This document shows, piece after piece, positions 24,431 through 37,802 of a stretch of 64,000 bases of DNA. The number at the start of each line of letters is the position of its first letter. Within the stretch, counting starts at the first letter, position 1. Under the pieces are notes generated by a model that saw only the letters and a list, made by a program, of their open reading frames with translations, was not told where the DNA came from and searched no databases. Made by a program: the position numbers and the translations under genes. Origin of the DNA: Octopus sinensis (lineage: Eukaryota); NCBI RefSeq assembly GCF_006345805.1, contig NC_042999.1, forward strand, positions 69,626,001 to 69,690,000, read 5' to 3'.

Positions 24431-24567
24431 TATACACGCTAACACATGACCAGCCTTTGACTCTTCACTCCTGCTATTAATTAACTGGGAGCTTAACAGC
24501 AGTCCTTCCATAGCACTTACATAGCCTTGCCTGCCTTTTGGGTCTTCTGGATACTAAAACATCTCTC

Positions 24568-24610
<43 letters not shown>

Positions 24611-24611
<1 letters not shown>

Positions 24612-24866
24612 AATATAAGCGGGATCAGCCATCTGAATGTGGCTAGGGACAGGGCGGGGTGGTGGGGGTGTTACTGATGCATTTAGCCCCAGGCGACTAT
24701 AGATGTCACCAGAAGAGCCGACACCATTACGGTGTCCTTGCTAACCGTGATAGTGTCGGCTCTTCTGGTGACGTCTATAGTCGCCTGGGGCTAAATGCAT
24801 CAGTAACACCCCCACCACCCTGCCCTGTCCCTAGCTACATTCAGATGGCTGATCCCGCTTATATTA
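24611..24866. repeat. Near-perfect 123-bp-arm hairpin
   Basis: 24611-24733 versus 24744-24866, with 5 transition mismatches and a 10-nt loop GTCCTTGCTA. Confidence 0.92.
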
Positions 24867-26364
24867 CAGAGCAGTTACTGTTTATACCTCGCTTAGAGAT
24901 TTATTATTGTTATATATATATATATATTCTTTCATTCTTTTATTTGTTTCAGTCATTTGACTGTGGCCATGCTAGAGCACTGTCTTTAGTTGAGCAAATC
25001 AACCCCAGGAACTTATTCTTTGTAAGCCTATTACTTATTCTATAGGTGCCTTTTGCCAAACTGCTAAGTTATGGAGATGTAAACACCCCAGCATTGGTTG
25101 TCAAACGATGTTCACACACACACACTCGACAGGTTTCTTTCAGTTTCCGTCTACCAAATCCACTCACAAGGCTTTGGTTGGCCCGAGTAGTTGAAGACAC
25201 TTGCCCAAGGTGTCACGCAGTGGGACTGAACCCAGAATTACGTGGTTGGTAAGCAAGCTACTTACCACACAGCCACTCCTACACCTATATATATACACCA
25301 TCCCTTAATGAGTATAATCTAACCTCTAATTGAATATTTATAAATATATAAATGATATCCAACTCTGACCAGCCTAAGAGTATATGTAACAATGATGAGG
25401 ACATGCTTACAACACACGCATGCACAATGCCGAGCTGGCGTGTGAATAGCTAAAATCATATGTTCCTCTCTTTAAAAAGTAGTCCAATATATAGATACTG
25501 TTTAAATAAAGAGAAAATAAAACAATAGTCATAGATGACATCTGCTAGGTCAAGGTAAACCAAAAATAAAAAAAAGTCACTAGAATGTCCTACTAACAAA
25601 ACTAATCTGTTTTTGATAATCCACTTTCTGTCATTTGTGGTTCTGTCGTTGTTGTTGCTAGTGGTGATGATGTTGATGTTATGCTTGGCATTGTTTTGTA
25701 TTGTAAATTACAGAAATGCTTTTCAATTAAATCTCCTTGTCATGAGTTCAAATCCTACTAAATTCAACTTTATCTGTTAATCCTCTGGGTGAGGTGGGGG
25801 ATCAAAAAAAAAAAAACTAAAAGAACTGATCTTGTTCTGAGTTGATTAAATTAATTATTTTCCTCCCACCACCCCACATTTATGGTTTTGTACTCATATC
25901 TGCAGCAGTGGTTCTCAACTGAGGTCTGTATGACCCCCTCAGGATCCCCAAAAGTTTGGGGGGGGGGGGGCACATAAGCAAAATGGTAAATTGAGTCTAC
26001 AGTAATATATTAAGGGTCATTGAGAAAATTTTGCTTCAGCTGTTTTGCTAGAATCAGCAAGGTTTCTTTCTCTGACATTTTACATATTTCAACCTAAATA
26101 AGTGAATGTGTGAAAAACAAAATTGGAATTTTGAAAGAAATATCTTTTACTCTTTTACTTGTTTCAGTCATTTGACTGCAGCCATGCTGGAACACCACCT
26201 TTAGTTGAGCAAATCGACCCCAGGACTTATTCTTTGTAAGCCTAGTACTTATTCTATCGGTGTCTTTTGCCAAACTGCTAAGTAATGGGGACGTAAACAC
26301 ACCACCATCAGTTGTCAAGCAATGTTGGGGGGGACAAACACAAACACACAAACATATACACACG

Positions 26365-26472
<108 letters not shown>

Positions 26473-27239
26473 CATACATATATACATACATATATACGAT
26501 GGGCTTCTTTCAGTTTCCATCTACCAAATCCACTCACAAGGCTTTGGTTGGCCTGAGGTTATAGTAGAAGACACTTGCCCAAGGTGCCATACAGTGGGAA
26601 TGAACATGGAACCATGTGGTTGGTAAGGAAGCTACTTACCACACAGTCACTCCTGTGCCTATAAAATCAGTTTTTAAACCACAAATTTCTATGGGATCCA
26701 CCAGAATAAAATGGTAATCAAAAGGGTCCATAGGTGAAAAAAATGATTGACAACTCCTAACCTAATAACTAGATGGCAGAATCGTTAGGGCACTGGAAAA
26801 TATCCTTGTGATATTTGTTCTGGTTTTATACATTCGGAGTTCAGATTCCAACAAGATTAACTTTTCCTTTATCCTTTTGATGTCCATAAAATAGAGTACC
26901 AGAAGTACCAGGCAAGCACTAGGGTCAATGGTATAGGCTCATCCTCCGCCCTTCAAAACAGCAGCCTCGCTGCTTGTATGGCAGTAAAATGCACTCAATA
27001 CACTGTGTAAAATGACTCTCAAATTAATGGAGACAATGGAATATGTTTTAGAAATAGTTGACAGAAATCATAATCATCATCATGGTCATCGTTTAACGTC
27101 TGTTTTCCATGCTGTTATGGGTTGGACGGTTTGACTGGGGACTGGCAAGCCAGAAGGCTGCACCAGGTTCCAATCTGATCTGGCAAAGTTTCTACAACTG
27201 GATGCCCTTCCTCACACCAACCACTCCAAGACTGTAGTG

Positions 27240-27710
27240 GGTGGTTTTTACAGGCTACCAGCACGGGAGCCAGTCAGGCAGCACTGGCAACAACCACGCT
27301 TGAATGGTGCTTTTGTGTGCCACTGGCATGGGGCCAGCCAGGCGGTACTGGCTCGAATGGTGCTTTTTACATACCACCAGCATGGGGGCCAGTCGGGCAG
27401 CACTGACATCGACTACACTCGAATGGTGCTTTTTACATACCACTGGTACGGGTACCAGTCAGGTGGCACTGGCATCAACCATACACGAATAGTGCTTTTT
27501 ACGGGTCACTGGCACAAGTGCCAGTCAGGTGGTACTGGCATCAATCATACATGAATAGTGCTTTTTACAGGCCACTGGCACAAGTGCCAGTCAGGTGGCA
27601 CTGGCAACAACCACGCTCGAATGATGCATTTTATGTGCCACAAGCATGGGGACCAGTCAGGCAGCACTGGCATCGACCACTCTTTAATGGTGCTTTCTAC
27701 ATGCCACCGT
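27240..27710 (-). repeat. ~66-bp minisatellite (about 7 units) inside a SINE
   Basis: Units of the form gaatggtgctttttacatgccactggcacgggagccagtcaggcggcactggcatcgaccacgctc. The same unit occurs in 2-3 copies in SINEs at about 630, 9780, 50390 and 52990. Confidence 0.85.
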
Positions 27711-28226
27711 CCATGTTCCAGGCTGGCATGGGTTGGATAATTTGATAGGATCCAATGTATTTAAGAATGCCCTTCCTAATGCTAACCACTCAACAGTGTG
27801 GACCAGGTGTTTTTTTTCAAGCTACCTGCTCTATTGAGAACACTGTGCATCTCACAGAACTACGAACCCTTCATGATGATGATGATGGTGGTGGAGGTGA
27901 TGGTGGGGGATGAAGGGACTGAACTATGAGAAGTGGTGGGGAATAGGGGTGGCAGCAGTACAGGTTCTTGTAGTGATTCTTGTAGCGACATTTAGTAAAG
28001 GAAGGGGAGAGAAGAGCAAATGAACAATGGCAGGTGCAGGAGATAGATGGATAAAGCCATTCACCTTTGCTCTTGTTGCAGTTTATGATGACACTGCTAT
28101 GTTAGTCATTGGATATGACACCTTCCTGAATGACTTGAATAAATATCCTGGTGGTAATCTTATATCCCACTTCAGATATTTTAAGCATCTTTGCAACTAT
28201 CCCTGATGGACCTGTGGATTTCCCTT

Positions 28227-28280
<54 letters not shown>

Positions 28281-30469
28281 ATGCACTTATGTGAGCGTGG
28301 GTTCAGTCCCACTGCGTGGCACCTTGGGAAAGTGTCTTCTACTGTAGCCTCGGGCCGACCAAAGCCTTCTGAGTGAATTTGGTAGACGGAAACTCAAAGA
28401 AGCCCGTCGTATATATGTATATATATATGTGTGTGTGCGTGTATGTTTGTGTGTCTGTGTTTGTCCCCCTAGCATTGCTTGACAACCGATGTTGGTGTGT
28501 TTGTCCCCGTCACTTAGCGGTTTGGCAAAAAAGACTGATAAAATAAGTACTGGGCTTTCAAAGAATAAGTCCCAGGGTCGATTTGCTCAACTAAAGGCGG
28601 TGGTCCAGCATGGCTGCAGTCAAATGATTGAAACAAGTAAAAGTAAGTATATATGTATGTATGTATGTGTGTGTGTGTGTGTGTTATTCTCACCCTGTCT
28701 TGACATTGTGCATTTTCCAAATGCCTGTCACTGTCATGCAAGCAACGTCATTCATTTCCAATCTTCCATGAAAACATGTCTGGCCAGGGTGGGGGGAATA
28801 TTACCTTACTTGGAAACAGGTGAAGGTTGGCAACAGGAAGGACATTCCACCATTAAACATTTGCCTCAGCGAATTCTGTCTGACCCATACAAGCAGGAAA
28901 ACTGGACGTTAATTGATGATGATGTGCTTGAATTATCGTTCTCATCTAGCTTCAGTTCACACTGATTGAAACAATATATAGTGAAAGACAATCCAACCAT
29001 GATCATCACACTTTTCCAAGACGTGGTGTACCCAGGATTACATTATCCAAAGTATCATTCTTTTTTTTTTTTTTCAAAGTCTTTATGGCAAGATTTCACA
29101 ATTATTTCTAGCAAGATTAGTAAACATCTAACGGATCCCTCAAGTTTGCCATCTTGAGAAACTGGCTTACATTTGATTGACATAGTATTAATAGGATTTG
29201 AACTTAAAACTGTTAGACACTAGCAATACAATTTCTAGTTCAACATACAATTTCTAGTTCAAACACCATACATTGCCTCTGGTCTGTTGCCACATATCCT
29301 CTCTTTTAACACCAGACATAAATTCTGGTCTAACACTGAACACTTTCTAGTCTACACAATGTACAACTTCTCATTAACTTTCCACTTTATCTCTGATAAA
29401 AACTAATAAGAAACTTCTATAATTAATAACATGGGAAATGTTTATAGTCACAGGTGCGTCTGTGTGTATGGCTGTGAGTATGGCTGTGTACTAATAGTTG
29501 GCTTCCAAACCAAACACTTCTAGGTTCAGTTTTCTATAATAGAGGACTGAAGCCTTCTATATCATCTTCTACTATTGCCATGGACCAACCAAAGCTTTGT
29601 GAGTGGATTTGGGAGACAGAAACTGAAAGAAGCCCATCACATGTAATATGTATGAGTGTGTGTGTGTCTTTGTGTTTTTAACCCACCACCATTTGACAGT
29701 CAGTATTGTTTTTATATCCTTGTTACTTAGCAGTTTGGCAAAAGCGACTGATGGGATAAATACCAAACTTATAAAAGAAAAAAAAAAGAAGTACTGGGGT
29801 TCATTCATTTGACTAAAACCCTTCAAAGTGGTGCCCCAGCATGGCTACAGTCCAATGACTGAAACATGTAAAATGCACATAGGGAACTGGCTTTGACTGG
29901 TAATCCAAACTGGTTTAGAGCTTCCATTTGCTGGGTGCTCATCCTTTCATCAATAGTACATGGCTATTTCTCTTAACTGCCTCATTAAATACAGAGTGCT
30001 TTTTGTCCATGTTTAATGAGGTAGAACTGAAGTGCTATATTTTTTATGATTCATTTCAAAGAGGAAGAGAGTCCATAAGATTGCAAGTCAGATAAAATTT
30101 CCTAAGTTAGTTGCTTTCCCCACTTTCTATGTTGTTCTGTTTAAGACACATGTACTCTACCAAAGTCATTCTGTAACTACTTTCACTCGATTTCTTATTC
30201 ATAAGCCTTCTTCTTTTAAGTTGTGGTGATAGTCACAGGTGTGTCTGTGTGTTTAGGACCTTCACTTCTCAAGCATGTAGCTTTGCACTGGCTTTCAGTT
30301 TCAATAATTCTGCAATGAGTGCAACTGGAAGAAGCTCATCATTAAAAAGTTGTGTATGACAATGACACCCATTTACAACTGTCAAAGCAAGGAGACGCTC
30401 TTGTATGTACACACCTAAGCACTCACATAGCCCCCAACCCCCACATATATCTGTATGTTTTACCACTGA

Positions 30470-30732
30470 GTTTTATTTAAGTTCTTGACAGAGTTTGAGC
30501 TGGTTGTTAACAAAGTAACAAGACTTTTTGAGTCAAGAGAGTTCCCATGTTTGTAAACATATGGTTGAATTGGTGTGTTGGTTGGACTGTCAATACATCC
30601 ACCCGAGTGTGTGTATCTATTCACCTAAAGAATATCAGCTGGAAAATCTTTAGAGTGTCTTACAGATCTTCACTGTGCCACTAATAGATTGGGTTTGGAG
30701 AATCTACATCAGTTTTTCTTGCTCTTTCTTTG
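30470..30732 (-). mobile_element. Ancient retroposon-like 3' end, copy 1
   Basis: About 75-80% identical in reverse complement to 32606-32900; decayed reading KKEQEKLM*ILQTQSISGTVKICKTL. Confidence 0.45.
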
Positions 30733-32107
30733 AAATATATGTATTGGCCCATTTAAAAGTACCCTTCAATCATCTGCAATATGCTGTGCTTGAAATTGTT
30801 GTTGTGACTGATGCCTGTGCCACCTGACTGGCACCTGTGCTGGTGGCATGTAAAAAGCACCATTTGAGTGTGGCCAATGCCAGTACTGCCTGACTGGCTC
30901 CCATGCTAGTGGCACATAAAAAGCACTCACTATACTCTCGGGATGGTTGGTGCTAGGAAGGGCATCCAGCTGTAGAAACTTCACCAGATCAGATTGGAGC
31001 CTCATGCAGCCTCCCAGCTTACTAGTCCTCAGTCAAAGCATCCAACCCATGCCAGCATGGAAAGTGGACGTTAAACGATGATGATGGTGTATATACAATG
31101 GGCTTCTAGCTTCTGTTTACAAAATCCATTCACAAGGCTTTGGTTGACCCATGACTATTATAGATAACACTTGCCCAAGGTGGCATATAGTTGGACTGAA
31201 CTTGAAACTATTTCATTTGGAAGCAATCTTCTTGCACAAGAGGCAAATGTTCTGAACAGCAATTAGCAGGATTGTCAAAATCTGATCCAGCTGCATGTGT
31301 ATGGTGGGGTTGTTCTTTCATACTTTAGCTCTTCATTACTTAACATAAAGTTGCCTGTTTCTCTACTATAGTCTCTCTCTCAGTGGAAAGGGATCTTAGT
31401 CTTGCAAGCTAGATGGCAGCCTCACTGGTGCTGTTGCCCCCATTACAAAAAAAAAAAAAGATAAAAGACACCCAATACACTCTGTAAAGAAGTGGTTAGT
31501 ATGAGAAAGGGCATCCAGTCATAAAAACCATACCAAAGAAAGACATTGGAGCAGGATGCAGCCCTCTGACCATTGGATCCTGTCAAACTCCCTAACCCAT
31601 GCCATCACAGAAAATTGATGTTAAAAGATGATGATGACAATGATGATGATGATAATGATGATGATGATGATCAGGAGGAAGACAATGATGATGATGATGA
31701 TGATATGTCACTTGTTCAGTCATCCCGTATCTGTTTCTCCATGCTTGCATGGTTTAGAGGTGGGGTGGGAGTATTTGGGGCAGGATTTTTATAACCTGAT
31801 ACTCTTCCTGTAAGTAAACCTTACCTGTTTATCAGGAAAGGACACACACACACACACAAATCTGTTGTGTGTGTGTGTATCTGCATACATGCATGTCTGT
31901 ATGTGCGTGCCTGGATATATGCATACTTGCCTGTATGTATGTTGCTGGTGTGCATGCATGTCTGTGTATATGCCACTCTTCATGTATGACTGCATGAGCA
32001 TGTGTGTTGTATACCTTATCTCATTGATTGTCAGGACATAACTGAAGACCTCAACTCTAGCAGCCGGAATGAATGAATGCCTCTGCACACACACACACAC
32101 ACGCACG

Positions 32108-32152
<45 letters not shown>

Positions 32153-32605
32153 CAACCAGATAAATAGATACAGTGTATGTAAGTAGATATACTTAACTCC
32201 TCCTATAGACACTTGCAGTGACGTATGTTGAGTACATTATGTGTGTGTGTGGGTTGGGTGCGGATTGTAGCTATATTATTTAATCAATACCATCATTTCA
32301 CTCATCCAGGTGGATATTTAAATACCTGCATAGAACGATACATCATTGTTGTCATCCTCACCATCACAGTCAAATTACCACCACCATCGCTGTCACACCA
32401 CTATCATCATCATCTCTACTTTCACTTTCCCGTGCTGTTATCGATTGGGCTGGGCATTTTGAGGTAGTTCTTTGTAGTTCTTGACAACCTTTTTTAAGGG
32501 CTTCTAAAGATATATAGAGATATGGCATACCTATTCTGAATACCAGAACATACATGCACATATACACACACATATATATACGCACATACATGCATACAAG
32601 GTTTA

Positions 32606-32900
32606 TCAAAGAAAGGGCAAAAGAAACTGATGTGGATTCTCCAAATCCAATCTATTAGTGGCACAATGAAGATATGTAAGACATTACAAAGATTCTCTAT
32701 CAGATCCTTGAGGAGAATAGATGCACGCACACACACACACACACAGACGCACACACGCATGCATGGGTGCATGCATTGACAGCTCAAACGACCCACCAAC
32801 TCAACAACATATTTACACACAATGGGAATTCCTTAACTCAAAAAGCCTTGTCGCTTTGTTAGCGACCGCCTTGTACTTTCTTAAGAAGAGCTTAGAACTC
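32606..32900 (+). mobile_element. Ancient retroposon-like 3' end, copy 2 (possibly RLE-type LINE C-terminus + 3' UTR)
   Basis: KKGQKKLMWILQIQSISGTMKICKTLQRF resembles the C-terminal helix of RLE non-LTR elements (recalled, unverified). Confidence 0.4.
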
Positions 32901-33102
32901 AGAAAAATCACACATACACACATGCAACACACACATACTTTTCTCGCTGGATTAAGTGCTCATTTCTCTTTTGTCTTCTGCAATTTTATTTTTGGATCTT
33001 CTATATATATGAAGAATTTTCCTCTGTCTGGCTGTTTTTCTCTCTACAAAACAGAAATTTGACTTGTGGAACAGTCATTTTAATGAGATTTTCTATTTAT
33101 TT

Positions 33103-33188
33103 ATCACCCGACGAGATATGTCTGCACCAGTTGTTGAGTGTCCCACAAGAGGAATCGATGCTAGATGTGTCGAAACAATTGTTGTGAT
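33103..33188 (+). ncRNA. Minimal type I hammerhead ribozyme with palindromic tetraloop, U4C core change
   Basis: Stem I ATCAC/GTGAT; core CCGACGA; stem II GATATGTCTG/TAGATGTGTC (10 pairs including G.U); GAAA-C-AATT-G-TT; cleavage predicted after 33183. Confidence 0.7.
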
Positions 33189-34571
33189 TAATAATATATT
33201 CTTGCATATTTCATCTTCTGTCTTTCATTTGTTATTTACACACATATATAGATGTGTAGCTTAATGATTTAAGGTGCAGGTCACATGACCATGAGTTAAT
33301 GAGTTTGATTCCTAGACCAAGCAACATGTGGTATTCTCAAGCAAGGTACATCATTTCACTTGGCTCCAGTCTGTTCTGCTGTAAAAGAGAACCAGCCAAC
33401 ATGATGGTGCTGCTCTCTCTCTTTCTCTCTCACTCCATCTATCACATCCTGCATGTTTCACTGGCTCAAGGGATGACAAGCTGGAGAGAGCGTTTATGTC
33501 TGTTCCTGCCTAATGGCACTCTCATCAGTTGATCCGATCAGTGGAACCACCTGTTCCTGAAATTAACATGCAAGTGGCTGAGCACTCCAGAGACATGCAT
33601 ACCCTTAACATAGTTCTCAGGAAGATTCAGCATGATTCAATGTGACAAGGTTCACCCTTTGAAATACAGGTACAACTCATTTTTATCAGCTGAGTTGGAC
33701 TGGAGCAATGTGAAATAAAGTGTCTTGCTCAAGGACACAATGCATTGCTAGGAATTGAACTCATGACTTTATGATAGTGAGCTGAATACCCCCAACCAAT
33801 AAGCCACATGCCTCTTTGTCTACATAGGCATCTAAAGCAAGACATCTGTTCCTGTACCTGTATGATTACTTTAATCTTTCAACACCTGGCATAAAGCCTT
33901 CTCCCTAAATACTGCATCTCCACCCAGGTGAGGGAGAGTTTTTTCTTGCAAGTTTCTTGGTGAATTCATTGGTGTCAATGATATGAAAAAAAGCTCCCAG
34001 TACACTTTGTGAATATAAAGTTTAATCTAATAAGACATTTTATTAACGACATATTTTTACAGGAAGAAAGAAACAAAAAAAACATTAGAAGTATAAAAGA
34101 TCAAATAATCAAAGAAAAAAAAACCCTGTTGGCATTAAGAAGGGCATCCAGTCTTCGAAACCATACTAAAGCAGGCATAGTCCTCTGGTTTATCAGCTCT
34201 TGTTGAACTGTCCAACCCATGCTAGCATAGAAGATAGATGTTGAACAGTGGTGGTGATGATGATGATGACAATAATACAATGGGACCCTAGCTTTGTTGG
34301 ATAGTTGTGTTCCGATAGGGTTCCATCAGACCAATGCCTGGCCTATTATATTTCTGACAACAACAGTGACAAGATGTCTATGTGTCTACATTCTTATATA
34401 CTTTCATCTGAAATGGCTTTCGTCACAGCTTCAAGGAATTTAATCCATGTCTTGGTATGTTGACAACTGAGTAAAGAACACTCATGCCCCCACTTTCCAA
34501 AGTGTAGAACTTGGAAGCCTCAGTTTTGACAGGATTCTCTGCATTTAATACAGTGTTCTTGCTGCTGCAGT

Positions 34572-35185
34572 TGTTGTTGTTGTTGTTGTTTAGTAACTAC
34601 CGGCTGGATAGTTGGTTAGTGCTGCTCCTCAATCACCACCTGCTTCTCTGCCATCTTCAGCCATCTCTCCCACACCTTGAGTGCCAGTCTGGGCTCCTTC
34701 GCAATCGCTTCGGGGTCCGTCAGCTGACTGCGGATCGATGGATGGATAGCTAGGCACTCCAACATCACGTGTTCTCCTGTTTCTTCACCCATTTTGCAAT
34801 TGCGGCAAATAGGGTCCTCAATTCTTCCAATTTTGTGCTGCCATTTTCTCAAATCCGGATGGATCTGCTAAGCGTGACTTGTTCTTGGCGAGTCAAGTGT
34901 CGTTCCTTGATGCGATTGAGCTTTTTTCCTCTTTCACCAAGATGGTGATGAAAGAGAAGTTGTTGAGTTACTCCACACTCTTCATCAACAAGAATGTGAC
35001 CTGATGTTCACGTGGTGCCCCAGTCATCGCGGGATCGTAGGGAATGAGCTGACGGATGAGAAAGCGAAAGAGGGATCTGAACAAGATCAAGAGGGAACAG
35101 ATTGGCATTATGCAGCAGCAAAGGCAGCTATCAAACGATCGATAAGAAGCCCTCCAATGCAGCATGAATGGTTGCAAAAGGTTTA
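34572..35185. mobile_element. RNase H-containing LINE 3' fragment with 5' inversion (twin priming)
   Basis: Minus 34572-34939: GERGKKLNR...DPICRNCKMGEETGEHVMLEC (CCHC) plus a (CAA)n tail. Plus 34940-35185: RNase H FTWCPSHRGIVGNELTDEKAK...LQKVY. TSD TGCTGCTGCAGT at 34560-34571 and 35186-35197. Confidence 0.88.
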
Positions 35186-36711
35186 TGCTGCTGCAGTCTG
35201 TGAGTTGTTGCACTTATTTGCAGCATCAGTTCCATCAACATCAATGGACCCAACAACTTAGACATTGATTGGGTTTGTTATGTGAATCCTTCAACAATCA
35301 CCGACAGATATAAGCCACGATGTCTCAAATAGGTTTATAAATGGTGATTGTTCCATCTTTGTTGAAATTTATACAGCGTTCCAGTCCTCTGTGTTGTTTT
35401 CTTAAATGCAGAACAGATGTCCACATCAGATTACTGACCATCTTTGCATCAGCATCACTACTCACGCCTTTACTCTCACTACTATACCATGATGACCACC
35501 ACCTCTTGTACAATATGACCACCACCACTACTACAAACAGTGCTGCCACCACCGCCACCACACCTAATCATACCATGGTCTTCTCCATACCACCATCACC
35601 ACCACCACACCTAACCATACCACAGTCTTCTTCATACAACCACCACCACCACCACACCACCACCACCACAACACCTAACCATACCACAGTCTTCTCGATA
35701 CTGCCATCACCACCACCACCATACACTTACTATCATACTGTCATCACCACTGCCACCATCATACCATCCCCTCACCACCACCACCGCTCTCATCATACAA
35801 CCTTTCACTGTCATCTTGCCACCATCATTTCCACCATCATATTCTCTACACCATTGCAACAATGTTTACCACACTACTACTGCTACTACTACTACTACTA
35901 CTACTACTTTTCACTCTAGAGTTACCACATAGCCACTATTACCACCATATCACTTTCACGACTATCACCATTCTTCCATTCCACTTGCATCTCTCACCAT
36001 GCGACACCACCACCACCATCATCCTCACTATATTACTACTATATTACAATCCACCACTCGCTGCCATCACCACTGCTACTACCACTGCCTCTGCCACCAC
36101 CAGTTTTCCCAATACGTTAGCTGAAATGCATGAAATATTAACTGCTTCAGTGCAGTGTAGTCCTTCCTGAAACTCCGTTAATTAGTTAAAGACCTTTAAA
36201 CTCCACTGGACGTCCTGTGGCTGTTACTTCTGAAATATTTAACCACTGTTTCACTTAATTGTTTGCTACAGACACCATTTCAGATAGCATCAATTATCAA
36301 ACATACCTTACCACTTACTTCTTCATCATCATTATTATTATTATTATTATAGAGCAATCATTATAATTATTATTATTATTATTATTGTCTACCATAGTCT
36401 TGTGATTTCTTCTGGCTTATTGACAACTGATTAGCCGTGTCATTAGGTATCCAACTGTTTTACTTCTGCTGTTGTTGCAGTTGTTTTTTCCCCAGTCACC
36501 GCTCGCAGTCTTTCCTCTCGCATTTTCTAATCCTTTTTCTTTTTCTCTTTGAAAACACTTGAAAGACAATCTCTGTCTGAAGGGGCCCCTGCCTGAAACT
36601 TATATCCTTATCAGGTGCAGGACTGGCTGTATGGTTAAGAAGCTTGCTGCTCAAACATGTAGTCTTGGGTTCAGTCCCACTACACAGCACCTTGGACGAG
36701 CGTTTTCTACT

Positions 36712-36897
36712 ATCATCATCATCATCGTTCGACTGTGGTCGAGACAATGGAATTTACCATGCTACACCAGACTTCACGGTCCATCATGGCATTACAGAGG
36801 TCCTGTTGCTGGATGCCTGTATCCCTGGAGATTACATCAGGGTAGGAGAGTGTGCGCCCTCTGGTATTGCGAGTAGATGACTTCCAGAGGAGAAGAG
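36712..36897 (-). mobile_element. RTE-type LINE 3' end inserted into a SINE
   Basis: LLLWKSSTRNTRGRTLSYPDVISRDTGIQQQDLCNAMMDREVW, (GAT)n tail; splits a SINE at ...ttctac|tatagcc. Confidence 0.7.
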
Positions 36898-37751
36898 TAT
36901 AGCCCTGGGCCAACCAAAGCCTTGTCAGTGGATTTGGTAAATGGACAAGTCAAAGAAGTGCATCATGTGTGCGTGAGTGTGTAGCCTTGTCTTGAAGTTG
37001 TATGATGGTTGTAAATGAGTATCAGTGTCACAGAAGTAAGATTGTTAAAAACTCAGTCTTCCATGAAAAATACGTCTAGCTATGGGGAAATACTCTTTTC
37101 TACTCTAGGCACAAGGCCTGAAATTTTTGGGGAGGGGGATCAGTTAATTAGATCGACCCCAGTATGCAAGTGGTACTTAATTTATCGACCCTGAAAGGAT
37201 GAAAGGCAAAGTCGACCTCAGCAGAATTTGAGCTCAGAATGTAAAGACAGATGAAATACCTATTTCTTTACTACCCACAAGGGGCTAAACACAGAGGGGA
37301 CAAACAAGGACAGACAAACGGATTAAGTCGATTACATCGACCCCAGTTCATAACTGGTACTTATTTAATCACCCCCGAAAGGATGAAAGACAAAGTCGAC
37401 CTCGGCGGAATTTGAACTCAGAACGTAGCAGCAGATAAATACCGCTAAGCATTTCACCTGGCGTGCTAATGTTTGCTATAGGGAAATATTTTGCATATAA
37501 ATTGGTGAAGGTTGGCAGCAGGAAGAGCATCCAGCTATAGAAAATCTGCCTCAACAAATTCTGTCTGACCTATGGAAGCATGGGAAAGTGGATGGTTAAA
37601 AGATCTTTCAGAAAGTTAAACTTCATAAAGAGATTAAATCACAGAAGGTTTAGCAGTGATGAATCCATCAGACATTACAGAAAAGCTTTAAGGCTAAGAT
37701 CTTGTTTAAACCTCTAACATTCAGATTATTGTCATACAGTGGTAAATAAAG

Positions 37752-37802
<51 letters not shown>

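Noticed and set aside
27240-27710. CRISPR array or coding repeat (66-bp unit)
   Set aside because: The units are homologous along their full length and lie inside a SINE; the ORFs are incidental.
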